Below, in pieces: positions 27,958-40,297 of a DNA stretch of 64,000 nucleotides. Location: assembly GCA_003344405.1 (NCBI GenBank), contig NOWV01000125.1:62001-126000 (forward strand). The letters run 5' to 3'. Within the stretch, counting starts at the first letter, position 1. Each line of letters starts with the position of its first letter. Under the pieces are notes generated by a model. That model searched no databases. It had not been told where the DNA came from and saw nothing but the letters and a program-made list of their open reading frames with translations. The translations under genes were made by a program, and so were the position numbers. Source of the stretch: Trichoplax sp. H2. Lineage: Eukaryota.

Positions 27958-30900
27958 TTAATACCTATTACCACTGTAATTAGCACCATATTCGGTTCTG
28001 CCTGCGTTATCCACAGCATTTCTAGCAGCCGTTGCTGCAGCACCTGCAACAGCATCTTTAACAAAATCACTTTGTACAGCACCTTGAGTCCATTCACTTC
28101 GTGCTTTCCCTACGCTTCCACCGGTGGTACGATATATAAAATGGACCTATTGCAAAATTACCGGTAAGTAACTGATTAGTTGTAGATCAGCAGTCAGTTA
28201 TATAATCCTAAAACTCTTCAAGAGCGTAAAGTTTCGTACCCTCTTCAGGATAAAAACTTGAATAATTGTTATAATGGTTGCTAAGATAGCACAAATAAAA
28301 TACATGGCTGCGAGTGGCTTCTGTTTCTTATCAAGAGCCATTGCGCCGCCTATAAAACCACTAAAAAAGATCATATACATTAATGATTGAGCAAATTATT
28401 CATTTTCCTTCCTTGCTTGTTGTAAGGAAGCTTATACAATGAGCAACTTACCAAGTACCAGATCCAGCCGGACCTATAATCCATACGCATTGAAATATGA
28501 TTTGAAAAAAGAACACGAAGAAGAATTGCATAAAATTCATAGAGCTGTCATCCCTGTAAAAACACAGATTTTTTATAAGTTAGCGTCAACTTAAGAAGGG
28601 CAATACTGTACCATTGCAGATCAACATATCAATGGTCTTAATTAATAACCTAAATGCTTTGTAAATAGGTCGGTACCAACAACAAATTGAGCATGGTGAC
28701 CATATAACGAACCAAACAATTGATAAAGCAAAATTAAGTGCGCCATTATCCATGCCAAGCACCATCCCCGCAATACCACATATCATATTATACATTAGTA
28801 AGAAAACGTATGCTGTAAGACAAAGAAATCAATCATGTAAGAATCAAGTCATACAGTTTTAGATAGAAATATGACCCGACGAATGACCATATATATTAAA
28901 CTCACCAAACCATAGATAGTATATTATTCTTTGTAGCCTTTGATGTTCCACAGGTATATCCACGCCAATATCATGATACCAACATGGCTGCACACAGCAT
29001 TTTTTTGGTAAAGGTGGAAAATTATTCGGTCTCGCTCCTATACGTGTAGAAGATGGCAATTCAATAAATTGTGAAACAATTTTGTATTTTCGCCTGGTTA
29101 GAAGGCTGTACATTATCATCAAACTCTTAAGAATATCAAAGACTAATTCAGCTAAAACTAAAATGAAGCTCTGTAGTCTCTGAAAATTAATAGAAAACTG
29201 CAGTAGGATAGATTCTGCGTTTTTACCGTCAGCTGGTCCAGCAGATCTTTTGAGTTCGTCTTCTTTTCTCTTTAATTCAGCTGCTTTTCGTTCTAACTCC
29301 TATGGTTCGGTAACACAGAAAACATGTAAAATATCAATTAGCAACAACGGTAAAACTCTTAAGAACTACCTGTTTAAAATAAAATTAATAACATAACACC
29401 ATGCTATCATATCGATCCAGTTATATAATGACAACCGCTAATGACTAGGAGCGAATAACCAGGTTTAGTCAGGTATTACTAACCTGTTCTCTGGAGTAAA
29501 AGTCGTTTACTTGCGCCTATTGATACATAAAGATAAAGGATAGGCAAGTTAAGAATCCTACCCAAATTTAAATTGTAGTAATCTAAGTTACACTAACAAT
29601 AAGCACTGAAATTTTTACTATTTACTTATTTATTATTATTAATACAATGATGACACTTGATAATATCTAATGATACAATCCAGCTATATCTTTAAAATAT
29701 ATTATTTGCACACAATACATATTTATCGTAATGTCATAATCACACAAATGCTCATAACTTTCAACACCTAAAAATAGTGCGGCAAGTTTTGAGTCATAGT
29801 CCGATCGATCACTTATGCTTAACAGGCAACTCACCGAAGCAGTTTCACGATAAGAAGGAGGATCAGCTGGTTTCGTTTCCATGACAGCTGGCTCAGGCTT
29901 AGGTTCCTGTCTCGAGCCAGGTGATGACGTACGTTGCTCAGTGGCAGGCGATTTTTCACGAGCAACAGTAGAATTTGAAGCAGTCATCTAAAATAAACAT
30001 AAGGGGAAAATTAGATTAAGTTTTTATTTACCAAAATATAACTGTCTCCTGCTACTAAGAAAAGGCTAATAAAAATTAAAAGACCCTAAAAATCAGCGCG
30101 ACTAAATTTTCCTTATCTTTAGTAATAGTAAATCAAGAATTATGGCAAATTGTGAATTTCGTACAGTGGTAACTGTAAGTTACGGCATGCGCAGCTATTG
30201 TACAATGAACGCGTCAAGTACAATGCAAAATCGTTAGTTATTGCATTTAATCGATAGTTATAAGATTGGAATCGTAGCAAGCAACATTTCTGTATCACCA
30301 CGTAATAAGCGCTCTTATTACAATCTCGTTCTCTAATACGTTTCATACTAGAGATTTTGTTATTCATTACACATATAATCGAAATATTTAATTGTTCAGA
30401 AAAGTACTGTGGCAGTTTAATTGAAATCAATAATGATGATATTCGGTGATATTATTAAGGTACGGTAAGCTGAAACGATTAAGGATAGGACCGTAGTGCT
30501 AGCTACTTTAAATTAAGGATGCGTTCACACGGTGTACGTACAATACCATTTGTCTTGATGCATTACAACTATTATATCGTTGCGTAACTTACCGTTGACG
30601 CCCTGACTGTATTTTCGCCGAAGGGATTTTGGCGTCCTTCCAAAGCACTCTGGGCTGCAGTAGTATGGGAGGTGATCGACGGATCCTAAAATCATGAATC
30701 ATGTCTAAGATATTGCAATATCATCACAGTAAAACTGACAGGTGTGTATCATATAACTTCAGTACAACTTGCATTTTTAAAACTCACAAGCATTATAACT
30801 AATTTAACAAACTTGCAGCAAAAATATTAAAGTTCGAAATAATATAGATTAATAGCGAGTAACATCGTTGACCACTATGCTAGCGCATACGTGCTATACT

Positions 30901-32018
30901 TAGTATATCATTTACTATTTTCATGCACAGCATAAGAAAAGTGAGTTGACGACTTGCCATGACAAATTGCTGAGGTTCAACATTAAATCATCTCTATCTT
31001 TGAATGTCATGGGTCAACATGTTGATACATGTTATGTAGTACATGGCGCTACATTGCTTTTCGAGCTTAAGATCAGACATGTAGTGTGCAGTCAGACTAC
31101 TCTATATCTCACGTCTTTAATGACTAGAATCAAAACTTGTTCGCAGTCAAGGTAGCTTAGCTAGCTTTTGCGTCATTGCACCGTATGGCAGATAACTAAT
31201 TTAAGTAGCTGTCCGAAACGTACTTATTAATCCATAGTATTGTATAGTATGCGAGCATAAAGTACAACTGGATCACACTACATCTTCACAAGCAATTTTA
31301 AGTAGTAACAAAATTGTGTAGTTAAGATTATTTGCGTAAAAAGAAAGAAATACTTTCAATTGAATACGCAAACGTAAGAGAACAATGTTTTCCAGTAGTC
31401 AAGTCTATCGCTCCTTCCTTCAGAGTCAACACGTATAGTATACTGTACTCGTATACTAACTATCCACTACCACTACAGTAGAGCAGCTACAAATTCTAAA
31501 GCGACAAACTGTAATGGCTACAATGAATGCATTGTAGTGGATAGCATCAGTCAAGCAGAAGTTATTTCGTTAACAACAGTAAGGGTTTTAAAAGATTGAA
31601 ATTTTTCAAATTTCTATGTGAAGGCAAATAAGTGTAGTATCATTTTTGATAAACGCCAGACAAAACACATACAAGGTACTGACTGTATCAACGCATAAAA
31701 TCATTCTTTCCAGTTCTATAGTATGTGCAGTAAAAGTTGAGCACAGTGAGTACCAAGTACCGAGCACTACAGATCCGCACTAGTGTACCGCTGCAAGCTA
31801 AAAAATATATATCATTGAAAATGAAGAATCTACCACAACAGCACTACAGAACATGATATTAAGCAACGAGGTATCCTGTTATCACTATTCTATTGTACTC
31901 TTACCTACTACAACAGCATAGCATAGAACGAAAACGAGAATGTAATCACTGAACATTTTTGACTTACAGCAAAAGGATTGTCTCCTTCGCTATCGGCGAA
32001 TGGATTTGAATCAGCCAT
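27958..32018 (-). CDS. SCAMP: Secretory carrier-associated membrane protein, multi-exon
   Basis: First exon MADSNPFADSEGDNPFA (NPF repeats), coiled segment ELERKAAELKRKE, NNFPPLP..C.VQPCWYHDI..DIP, E-peptide CWYRPIYKAFR, and four hydrophobic segments. Confidence 0.93.
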
Positions 32019-35000
32019 ATCCTACTTCTGAATCGTAATTACTTTCAGTAATAACTTGAATCTAAAGCGTAAACAGAGCTTGCAAAGTTCTAATAGTTGT
32101 ACACGTGAAATGAACGGATAACACAGTGTTGGTTTTATTTCGGTCAATGAAATCTAGACTTCCGAGCAAGAAAGTTCAACTGGCACAACTGGCAAAAACT
32201 AAACGGGCTTCCAAATTTTGTAGGATAAATCCCTCACGTAACTGTGTTAAATTGCGATACAGTACAGTAATACTTATTCTCTAGCGCGGTACAGTTAGCA
32301 TACATTATTACAGTACAGTACGTACAGTGAAAAGTACTTTCCATCAAGTACTGTAAACACATACAGTACAGTACAGTACAGTACAGAGTACAATCGTCGT
32401 CGTTTTCAAATTGTAACAGCTGCACAGGGTACAGTACAGTACAAGATGGCAACGTATTCGGTGTTTAGTAATGTTTGAGCTACCCTACTACTGCAGCGGC
32501 CCAACTGGAAAATAATTACGTCATTATTTCAATTCTCGAAGGACTCGGGAAGCAAATATTGTAATGTTCTAAAAATATGAACGCCACCTTCGACGCGCTA
32601 TAAACACAACGTTATTCAAAGTATATGTATTAATATAATAACGTAGTAAATAAAATGTCATTGTAATAACAATTAACCAGTGAAAAACATTAGTAGCTCT
32701 CGACTATAACTACATTGTATACTGTAAATGATAGCGATATCAATCGTACGAGGATTAATGTGGTACGAATTAGAATAAGGATTAGCTGCAATTGACCTTA
32801 TAAGCTATGCAAGCTATCATCTTAACAAATACATACATATTTATAAGCCGTCATTATACAATATAATTTGAAATACTGTATTATAAGTTAACTAATACTG
32901 GATAGAGGTAGTTCACGAATTACTATAATTATTCATTCGAAAAGATAGTAGCTTCAATACATTGAATGTCGAATGCGTAGCCCCTCTCGTATGCTACATC
33001 GAAATACAGTAAACTAACTCGGTTAATAGGGCAAATATTATGCAAAGAATAGCTAATATCGTTATATTTTCTCTTGTGACACTACATCAATCACACTAGA
33101 CAAGGTTAGACACTACAAAGTAGCATAAAGCGTAAAGTCCACTTTTTATAGTGAACGAGTCAATACGTATAATTACGATATTGATATTACTGTATACGTT
33201 TATCTTATCGGTTAAGTAGTTATGCAGTTTACCTGCCCTAATTTCTAGACGTTACAAGTCTGTCACACATAACAAATGTTGCTTTAATTTATACCGTAAG
33301 AGTGATAATATAAATTTATTTATAACTTGATAAAATGGACTAAAATGAAATAATCGTTATAAATAAATTGTAATTGCTTATAATAAACTATAATTATCAC
33401 GTAATAATTTAGTCCAACAACTTTATTTGAACTATTAATATTAGAGTTGCCTATCCATCTTGATCAATCAATTTATTTCGTTAATTTGTTTAAATTGCTG
33501 TGCTCTGTAATAGCAAAACTAGTAAAGAGTGAAGAAAAGCAAATTTTGAAAAATAGGTTACGTGCTTCATTAATATTCTCCAATAGGAAACTCTAAATCT
33601 CGGGTATACAACAGTACACTGTACATATGTAGCTTATTTTTACACACTTTATAAGTTCACTGAGTTCATATTTTAGTTACTATATAGGAACTTGTAAATG
33701 CTCACCGACAAGTAAATGTTTGGCATTTTAATGACCAACCTATAATATTTACTATACTGTATACCGTAACTTGATCAACTGGCGATTCTGTCATGATTCT
33801 GCATGTATTACCATTACGTAATCTTAACTTGAAAGCATGAGTAGTCTACAAATAAAAGTATACACATGTAATCCCTGTATGCTGTACGTACTAGTACAGT
33901 AGTGTATAGTTTTGAACTATACCATTTTTTCCCGTTATTATTACTGTGCTATTATATCAAAATCACAAATTTATGCGCAAGTTAGTTCTGTAAAACACAG
34001 TACCGCTCATTAACGACTTATCATTACAGGAAGTCTGTGCAGTGTGCAGTAGACCTCTAGTGTGCATTGCTATGCACAATTACATATACAAACTAACGTG
34101 TTGTGATTGGATAATAGCAACTAGGTCTTTCAACTTCAGTCATAAGGAGAAGTATTTATCGACGAGCTAAAAATAGAGTTCGTGTATATCCAGTTTCTCC
34201 TGTCTGGATCTAAATATTATAAGGTACCAAGAAATAGTAAGTCTTTTGTACTACATCGTAGTAATTCCTATCAACATAACTGTACTGTACGATTGCAGAC
34301 TACGATTGACGCTCAATCATTCATTCTTATAAACTTTTACAAACTGATTATGAATTTTACTTACTGACGTGAAACACAAGTTCAACAGATCTTTCCAAAG
34401 CTATGTCTTGCCGTTACCATCCGAATGTATGCCTGTATACACGCACCATTTTTCGGATCTTAGCACATTTTCTTCTAACCAAATTCGGAGTAAAAGATTG
34501 AAGTTTTACAAAATTTTACCATCACAGTTATTTAGTCGCACACCGATGATGTCATTAATTTTATCTAAAAATTACGGGGTATTACCGCATAAATAATTAA
34601 TTAGCTTATTCATTAACCTAGAATCCCGAGTCTAAAATAATACCGTATTACGACTGACTGTCAGGGCCGCAACGCTACATTGACCACCGTACCTTACGTA
34701 CGTTGTTTTCCTCTCGGAGAACATGAAATTGTATAGTTTTATATTTAGAGAGAACAATGGTTGATCAATGTCTATATATGGTCATATTAATGTTAAATGA
34801 GCACTTCGATCCTTATTTGGACGTTTTTCAAGTTATATTTGCATACTGTACTGTACTGTACTGTAAGTTCAAATCTACGATAATTTCGTAGTCGATTGAT
34901 GATTTAATTTTATTTGAAACAGTTTAAATGTTTTTATTACCTCGATCATAGAGGCTAGATGGCACTTGGTGAATGCGGTATACTGCGCACTCAGGGACTT

Positions 35001-36039
35001 GTAAGAAAAGAAGTCTCTAGTACAGTACTGTACTATTGTACTTACATAGAACTGTACAGTACAATGCTTTAGACTTAATTCGAAATCCACCCTGTCTTCA
35101 GAGGCTGAACACCACTACTTTAGAAATAGACTTGACTCCTGGTCCTCAGAACATCGTAAAAATGAAAAATACTAGTAGGCCCATGCTCTTTTATACTTCG
35201 CGTACTGTTATATATATATATATATATAGTCTGTATGTACTTACTTGTACTTTTTACTTTAAATTATAATTATATAATTAATATATTAATATTAATTCAT
35301 TTGCAACCAAAAATCTTCAATTGGAAATCGCACGACGATCAATAAAGAAATAAAGGTTACAGTTTACAGAACATTTTAATCCTTAGTAAAAGATATCAAG
35401 TACATTAAACTGATGAAATCCAAATAGTTTAACAATTTAGAATTCGTAAATTTGACGTAGCATTGACAAAATGCAAATACATTTTTAATTATTAATGTAC
35501 AGTATAATACTGTATTGAGCGGATAACGATTCTAATCATTATATGTATAATTTTTGACTGCATACTATTGTACTGTACAACAGATCGCAACGCTGTAATT
35601 AGTAGTAGATCAAGTTATGCTTGCATATATGCGTTACTTGATAGTAATGCAGCTATGCTATTCAAGCAGTCATAGTCTAGACTGCTATAGCTGTTAGTAA
35701 ATATCAGATCTCACAGCGATACGAAACAACATTTACTATCAATTTCTTACAGCAATAGCAACAGTAATGTAGTGGTTATAGATAAATGACGTAATGGATT
35801 GACTCATTGTAACTGCAATAGATAGATAGGCATATGATGTAGTACCATATTTTCTAACAACCAGAGGTGAACGCAACATCTAAAAGTCCTAGGTGAACAT
35901 TTCCTGTGGACAAGTGCAACGAACAGAACTAGTCTAGTTCAAACATTCAATCTGAATTTGGCAAGCATAACAACATCAACTATGAAATTCTTTCCTTTAT
36001 GAACAAGAAATGGGTAAACGCTAACAGATTGTATAACAT

Positions 36040-37710
36040 TTAAGCTGCAAGCAACTCTTTACATCGATAATCAGTTGTCAATTCAGCTGCGGTTTTTTCT
36101 GAACCATCCGCAAGGTCACGTTCAGCACCATTATCTAATAAGAGCTTTATTATATCTAGTTGGCCATTCTTTGCTGCGACATGTAGTGGAGTTTGGTTAT
36201 TAGTCAACGAAGGCTCGTTTACATCAATTTCGTTATTGCAGGCTTTCAGCAGCGTTTGTAAATAGATTATAGTAATGCTATCATAGACAGCTTGTAAGTC
36301 AGGCTTGAAGAGTTTATAAGATCGATTATCAATCACAAAGTAGAATAAAATTTTACAACATTCCTGAAGTTCTTTATCCTTTAGTAGCTCCAAAAAGAAT
36401 GTAATAAACTGGTAGCATGGTAGTCGCTCTGCAATACTCATAGGAAAGGTCGGATTGTTACTCATATAGTTAACCAACACAATAAAACTGGAGTAATCAT
36501 AATAGTCATACTTTATCGATTTAAAGTTAAACATGTGTGGTATTAAACGGACTATTGTAGTAAGCTGTTGTTTCGTAAACGACAACTTGGTTGCATACAA
36601 AGGCTTCAGCAAAGGCAATTCGGCATCTAATCGATACTTCATAATCGATACGATGTTCTTTCGAACGCACTCACCAATATTTTCCGGTCCATATTCATTG
36701 ATAAGGTCTAAATGGGTTTGTTTGCCCTCATTGACAGCTCGACAAATGGCATAAAGAAGACTTCGCTCACTCGTATCTCTTCTAACTAAAGTTTGAAAAA
36801 TTTCAAGATTTTCTTCTCTCATAGCGATCACAAATGAGTTGTTAATATCCTCGCGAATTTTGGCACCATAATTGATCAGCACTTCTATAATCTCCCTGTA
36901 ACCAAGCATTGTCGCATATGACAATGGCGACATATCGTATTTATCACATTCATTAATTTTCGCACCAGATTTGATAGCATTTTGTATTTTTTCCATATCT
37001 CTAGTAATAACAGCTCTGTGTAAAGTTGGCATCTTAAATTGCAGTAGATATTGTAACAAAAGCTGTCTACCATCTTCACCACTGGAAATCAGAACATTGA
37101 CATGACTGCTAAAAGTACTAGTGGGTACAGATTCGACAGATTCAAGAATCCATGGATTTTGTAGTGGTCCTGGATTATGAAGTAACATTTCAACAAAGTG
37201 GAAACGATTCGAATGCAGTGCAGTTTCGAAGGGACTCAACCAACATTTATCGTACTCAAGCGAGTCATCCTTGTGGTTATTCAATATCTGGATTAATTTT
37301 CGACCAAGAACTTCATAGCCAAATTTAGCAGCAAAGTCTAGCATTCGTCTATGATCTGGTACATCTTGATGATCGGCCAATTGGAGGTTTATGGCGAAAA
37401 ATTTATAGCCCAAGTCTGCTAGCCAACCAACCCTTTCTTCAAGGGTGCTTAAGGCGCTATGCGATTCAATGCAATATCGTTTTGCAGTGCGATTGGGTCC
37501 AAGGAATGCACGTTGGTAATATGTTTGATAAGAGTCTCCTTTTAGTAACATGGGATTTGCTGTCAATTCATGATTGATGACATAACTCCATACCTCATTA
37601 TGATCGATGACATCACGAAAAGTTTTGCAAACCAATTTTAAAATAGGTAGCTTGTACCCAGGCAAAAAGCCAAATATTTGTGCTAAGATTTCTTCTGGTA
37701 GTAATTCCAT
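36040..37710 (-). CDS. F-box (N-terminal) + ankyrin-repeat protein, intronless
   Basis: LLPEEILAQIFGFLP...L..LKLVCKTFRDVI F-box; ankyrin repeats TLHRAV, SPLSYA...GYREIIEVLINYGA, TPLHVAAKNGQLDIIKLLLDNGA. First ATG at 37710. Confidence 0.85.
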   Translation of the reverse strand: MELLPEEILAQIFGFLPGYKLPILKLVCKTFRDVIDHNEVWSYVINHELTANPMLLKGDSYQTYYQRAFLGPNRTAKRYCIESHSALSTLEERVGWLADLGYKFFAINLQLADHQDVPDHRRMLDFAAKFGYEVLGRKLIQILNNHKDDSLEYDKCWLSPFETALHSNRFHFVEMLLHNPGPLQNPWILESVESVPTSTFSSHVNVLISSGEDGRQLLLQYLLQFKMPTLHRAVITRDMEKIQNAIKSGAKINECDKYDMSPLSYATMLGYREIIEVLINYGAKIREDINNSFVIAMREENLEIFQTLVRRDTSERSLLYAICRAVNEGKQTHLDLINEYGPENIGECVRKNIVSIMKYRLDAELPLLKPLYATKLSFTKQQLTTIVRLIPHMFNFKSIKYDYYDYSSFIVLVNYMSNNPTFPMSIAERLPCYQFITFFLELLKDKELQECCKILFYFVIDNRSYKLFKPDLQAVYDSITIIYLQTLLKACNNEIDVNEPSLTNNQTPLHVAAKNGQLDIIKLLLDNGAERDLADGSEKTAAELTTDYRCKELLAA

Positions 37711-38827
37711 GCTCCCCTTTTGTAACGCAGGCAAAAGTCAGTAATATCGGATTGGTTGTTAGTTTAGGTTTTCACTCGATCAGGCTATCTAAGAAAGCAC
37801 GTGTATAGGCTTTGTACATTTATTTTGGACCGGTCTGCGCAGATTAGCGTCTCATCGGAGAAATCTTGATAAGGTAATGCAAGGTGATGATACAAAACTT
37901 GCTCGAGCTATCTTGCTTCTTCTCGTACCTCCTTTACTGAATTCTTCTCAATAATAATTTTAATATCAAAGTCTTAATTTTAATATCAAAGTCTGAAAGA
38001 AGACGTACTGTACAGTAGACTCGTACAGTACTGTACTGTACACTGTACAGTGTACTGTAGACCTGTCACAGGTTCGGTTCGGTTCTGAACCGAACCACTT
38101 TTTAGTGCGAACCGGTTACTATAGTTTACACCTGCATTGGTAACGCACTCCGTTTGACGCAATTCACGCACGTACTGTACTGTACGTTGTGTTTTACTGA
38201 CAGTGATCGTGTAAAGACTTTTAATCTAGTCTATTCAGTGTACAGTACAGTATGGTATGAGAGGCATTTGAGTACCATTAACCTTTAATACGGTAACATG
38301 CACTCCTAGATGCATCTAGATCTAGCACTCGAGTGTTTCTAGTCCATGGCCGTGAGAGGGTAATGGTTATCCTGCAGCTATTTACAGCAAGTTTTCCATT
38401 TAGTAAATAATTAATAAGTAACCACGTCAATGGCGTAAGGTAGAGACCCTTCTCTAAAAAGGGTTTCTACTGTACAGTATATGTGTATGGTATTCATTTT
38501 ATTGATAATTTACTAATAGTATGCAATCGCATCAATGGCTAGCAGTTAGCGTGTATATTTATTACCGCTGTTGCGATCGTTTTACCGTAAAATGAGAGTA
38601 CAGTTCAGTATGGAATGATATGAAGTCGTTTAGCTAAGTTTTTGGACATTATCGTGGCTTTTATCTTTACAGAAACAAGTACAGTGGAGAGATCTTCATA
38701 GTCTGGCGCAGACTTTGACCAGACCAGACCATGAAGATCTCTAGACACTAGCACTGAAGTACAGCTTACAGTACACAGTACGACGTGATCGGATATCCCA
38801 TGCTGTGCTGTACAGTCTACAGTACTC

Positions 38828-39361
38828 TAGGCTGTATTGCTGAAAAAGGAAACCTTACGCCGAACGAATAATAATTTAGCTGCACTCTTCAAATTATCGA
38901 CTATCCAATTTTTTTCGAAATTACTTCAGCTAAAATCGAGCGAAGACTGGTTTAGGAGGGGGAAAGTGGAGGAATTTTTCAGATGCCTCAATCTAATTCT
39001 TTCTTTATAGTAGATAGCAATAGTGTCGTACTGGATACGATACAGTAAGTCCAGTTACATTGTACGGTACAGTACAGTACTATAAACCATAGTTTTAAAT
39101 TCGCGGTAAGCCGAGTACGGTCGAGTGTACAAGTGTACCTAGACTTACTCTATCGTATACCGTATGATATCATTGCTATGAACTAATATGAAGACTGAGA
39201 TGGAGGCATCCAAATTTCCTCCACCTCACCTTCTTAAAACAGTCTTCGCTCGATTTTAAACAAAGTAACATCCAAAAAACAATCATTGTCGGTAGTTTAA
39301 AGAGTTGAGCTAGATAATTAGTGGTTGGGGGTGAAGTTTGGTATTTCACCAACACAACCTA
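38828..39361. repeat. Long imperfect inverted repeat (arms ~38828-39066 and ~39127-39361, ~60-nt loop); hairpin-RNA or palindromic MITE candidate
   Basis: Arms align nearly gap-free as reverse complements, with a perfect core TAAAATCGAGCGAAGACTG / CAGTCTTCGCTCGATTTTA; TA dinucleotide at both outer ends. Confidence 0.9.
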
Positions 39362-39883
39362 CCGTACAGTGTACTGTACTGTACAATGTACAGTACATTC
39401 GGTAGTACTGTACAATTTTCGCATCAATTCGTTCAAGCACGATCGCAAATGCATGGTTTTAATATGTACTGTACAGTATTGAGTCAAGGTTCATAACGAT
39501 TGATCTTTTGGAGGCTTACTGTAGCGTAAAATCTGCAACGGAAATGCAATGAATGACGTATGGGATGAATAAGTACAGTACTGTATAATGTTCCCCAAAA
39601 GATTTTTTAAAATTACACTGTTATACTGTACTGTAGAATGAAAGATGTACTTTAGCACGTTCCCGTCTACGAGTAACTGCGCACTCTCTTTCCGTTCCCT
39701 TCAATGATATTGCACAGTACGTACTGGGATGCACTGTAGTGTATGTACTGTACACTGTACTGTACTGTACTATATACACTACAGTACTGTACTGTAGCAA
39801 CATTAACATTAAGAAGATTAAAAAGAGTTCAATTAGGCGTAAAAACATCCTTGATCAACACAATTTGGCATTGCAACGTTCAA

Positions 39884-40297
39884 ATGATGCCTCTTAATGA
39901 TATCATTGAATGTACAATATCGTTTATAGTGGTATCTCTCTTTTGGGGTTGCACTAATCCTCTTATTAAAAAGGCTAATGATAATCCTCACCAAGCCAAG
40001 TTGGATAAAGGATCCAATCGACTGTTCAATTTCTATCTCGATTTCAAGAACCTAGTGACAAACTGGAAAAGATTTTACCCTATTCTCATCAATCAGATCG
40101 GATCCTTAATATATTATGTTACCCTGTCAAAAGCTGATTTATCTCTTGCAATTCCTGTCGCTAACTCCCTAACGTTTGTATTTACTGCTTTAACCGGGTA
40201 CTATCTAGGAGAGAAATTAAATGGTGGCATTAGATTATGGTTAGGTACATCGCTGATATTGTGTGGGGTTACTTTGTGTGTCATAAGTAAGACATAA
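39884..40297 (+). CDS. TMEM234: Transmembrane protein 234, intronless
   Basis: WGCTNPLIKK, P.LINQ.GS..YY.TL..ADLSLA.P..NSLTF.FT...G..LGE motifs. First plausible ATG at 39884; the upstream part of the ORF is pentamer repeat. Confidence 0.9.
   Translation: MMPLNDIIECTISFIVVSLFWGCTNPLIKKANDNPHQAKLDKGSNRLFNFYLDFKNLVTNWKRFYPILINQIGSLIYYVTLSKADLSLAIPVANSLTFVFTALTGYYLGEKLNGGIRLWLGTSLILCGVTLCVISKT

Noticed and set aside
38830-39360. ~55-60-codon open frames in both arms of the fold-back
   Set aside because: No start/splice context, no synonymous bias and no recognisable motif.
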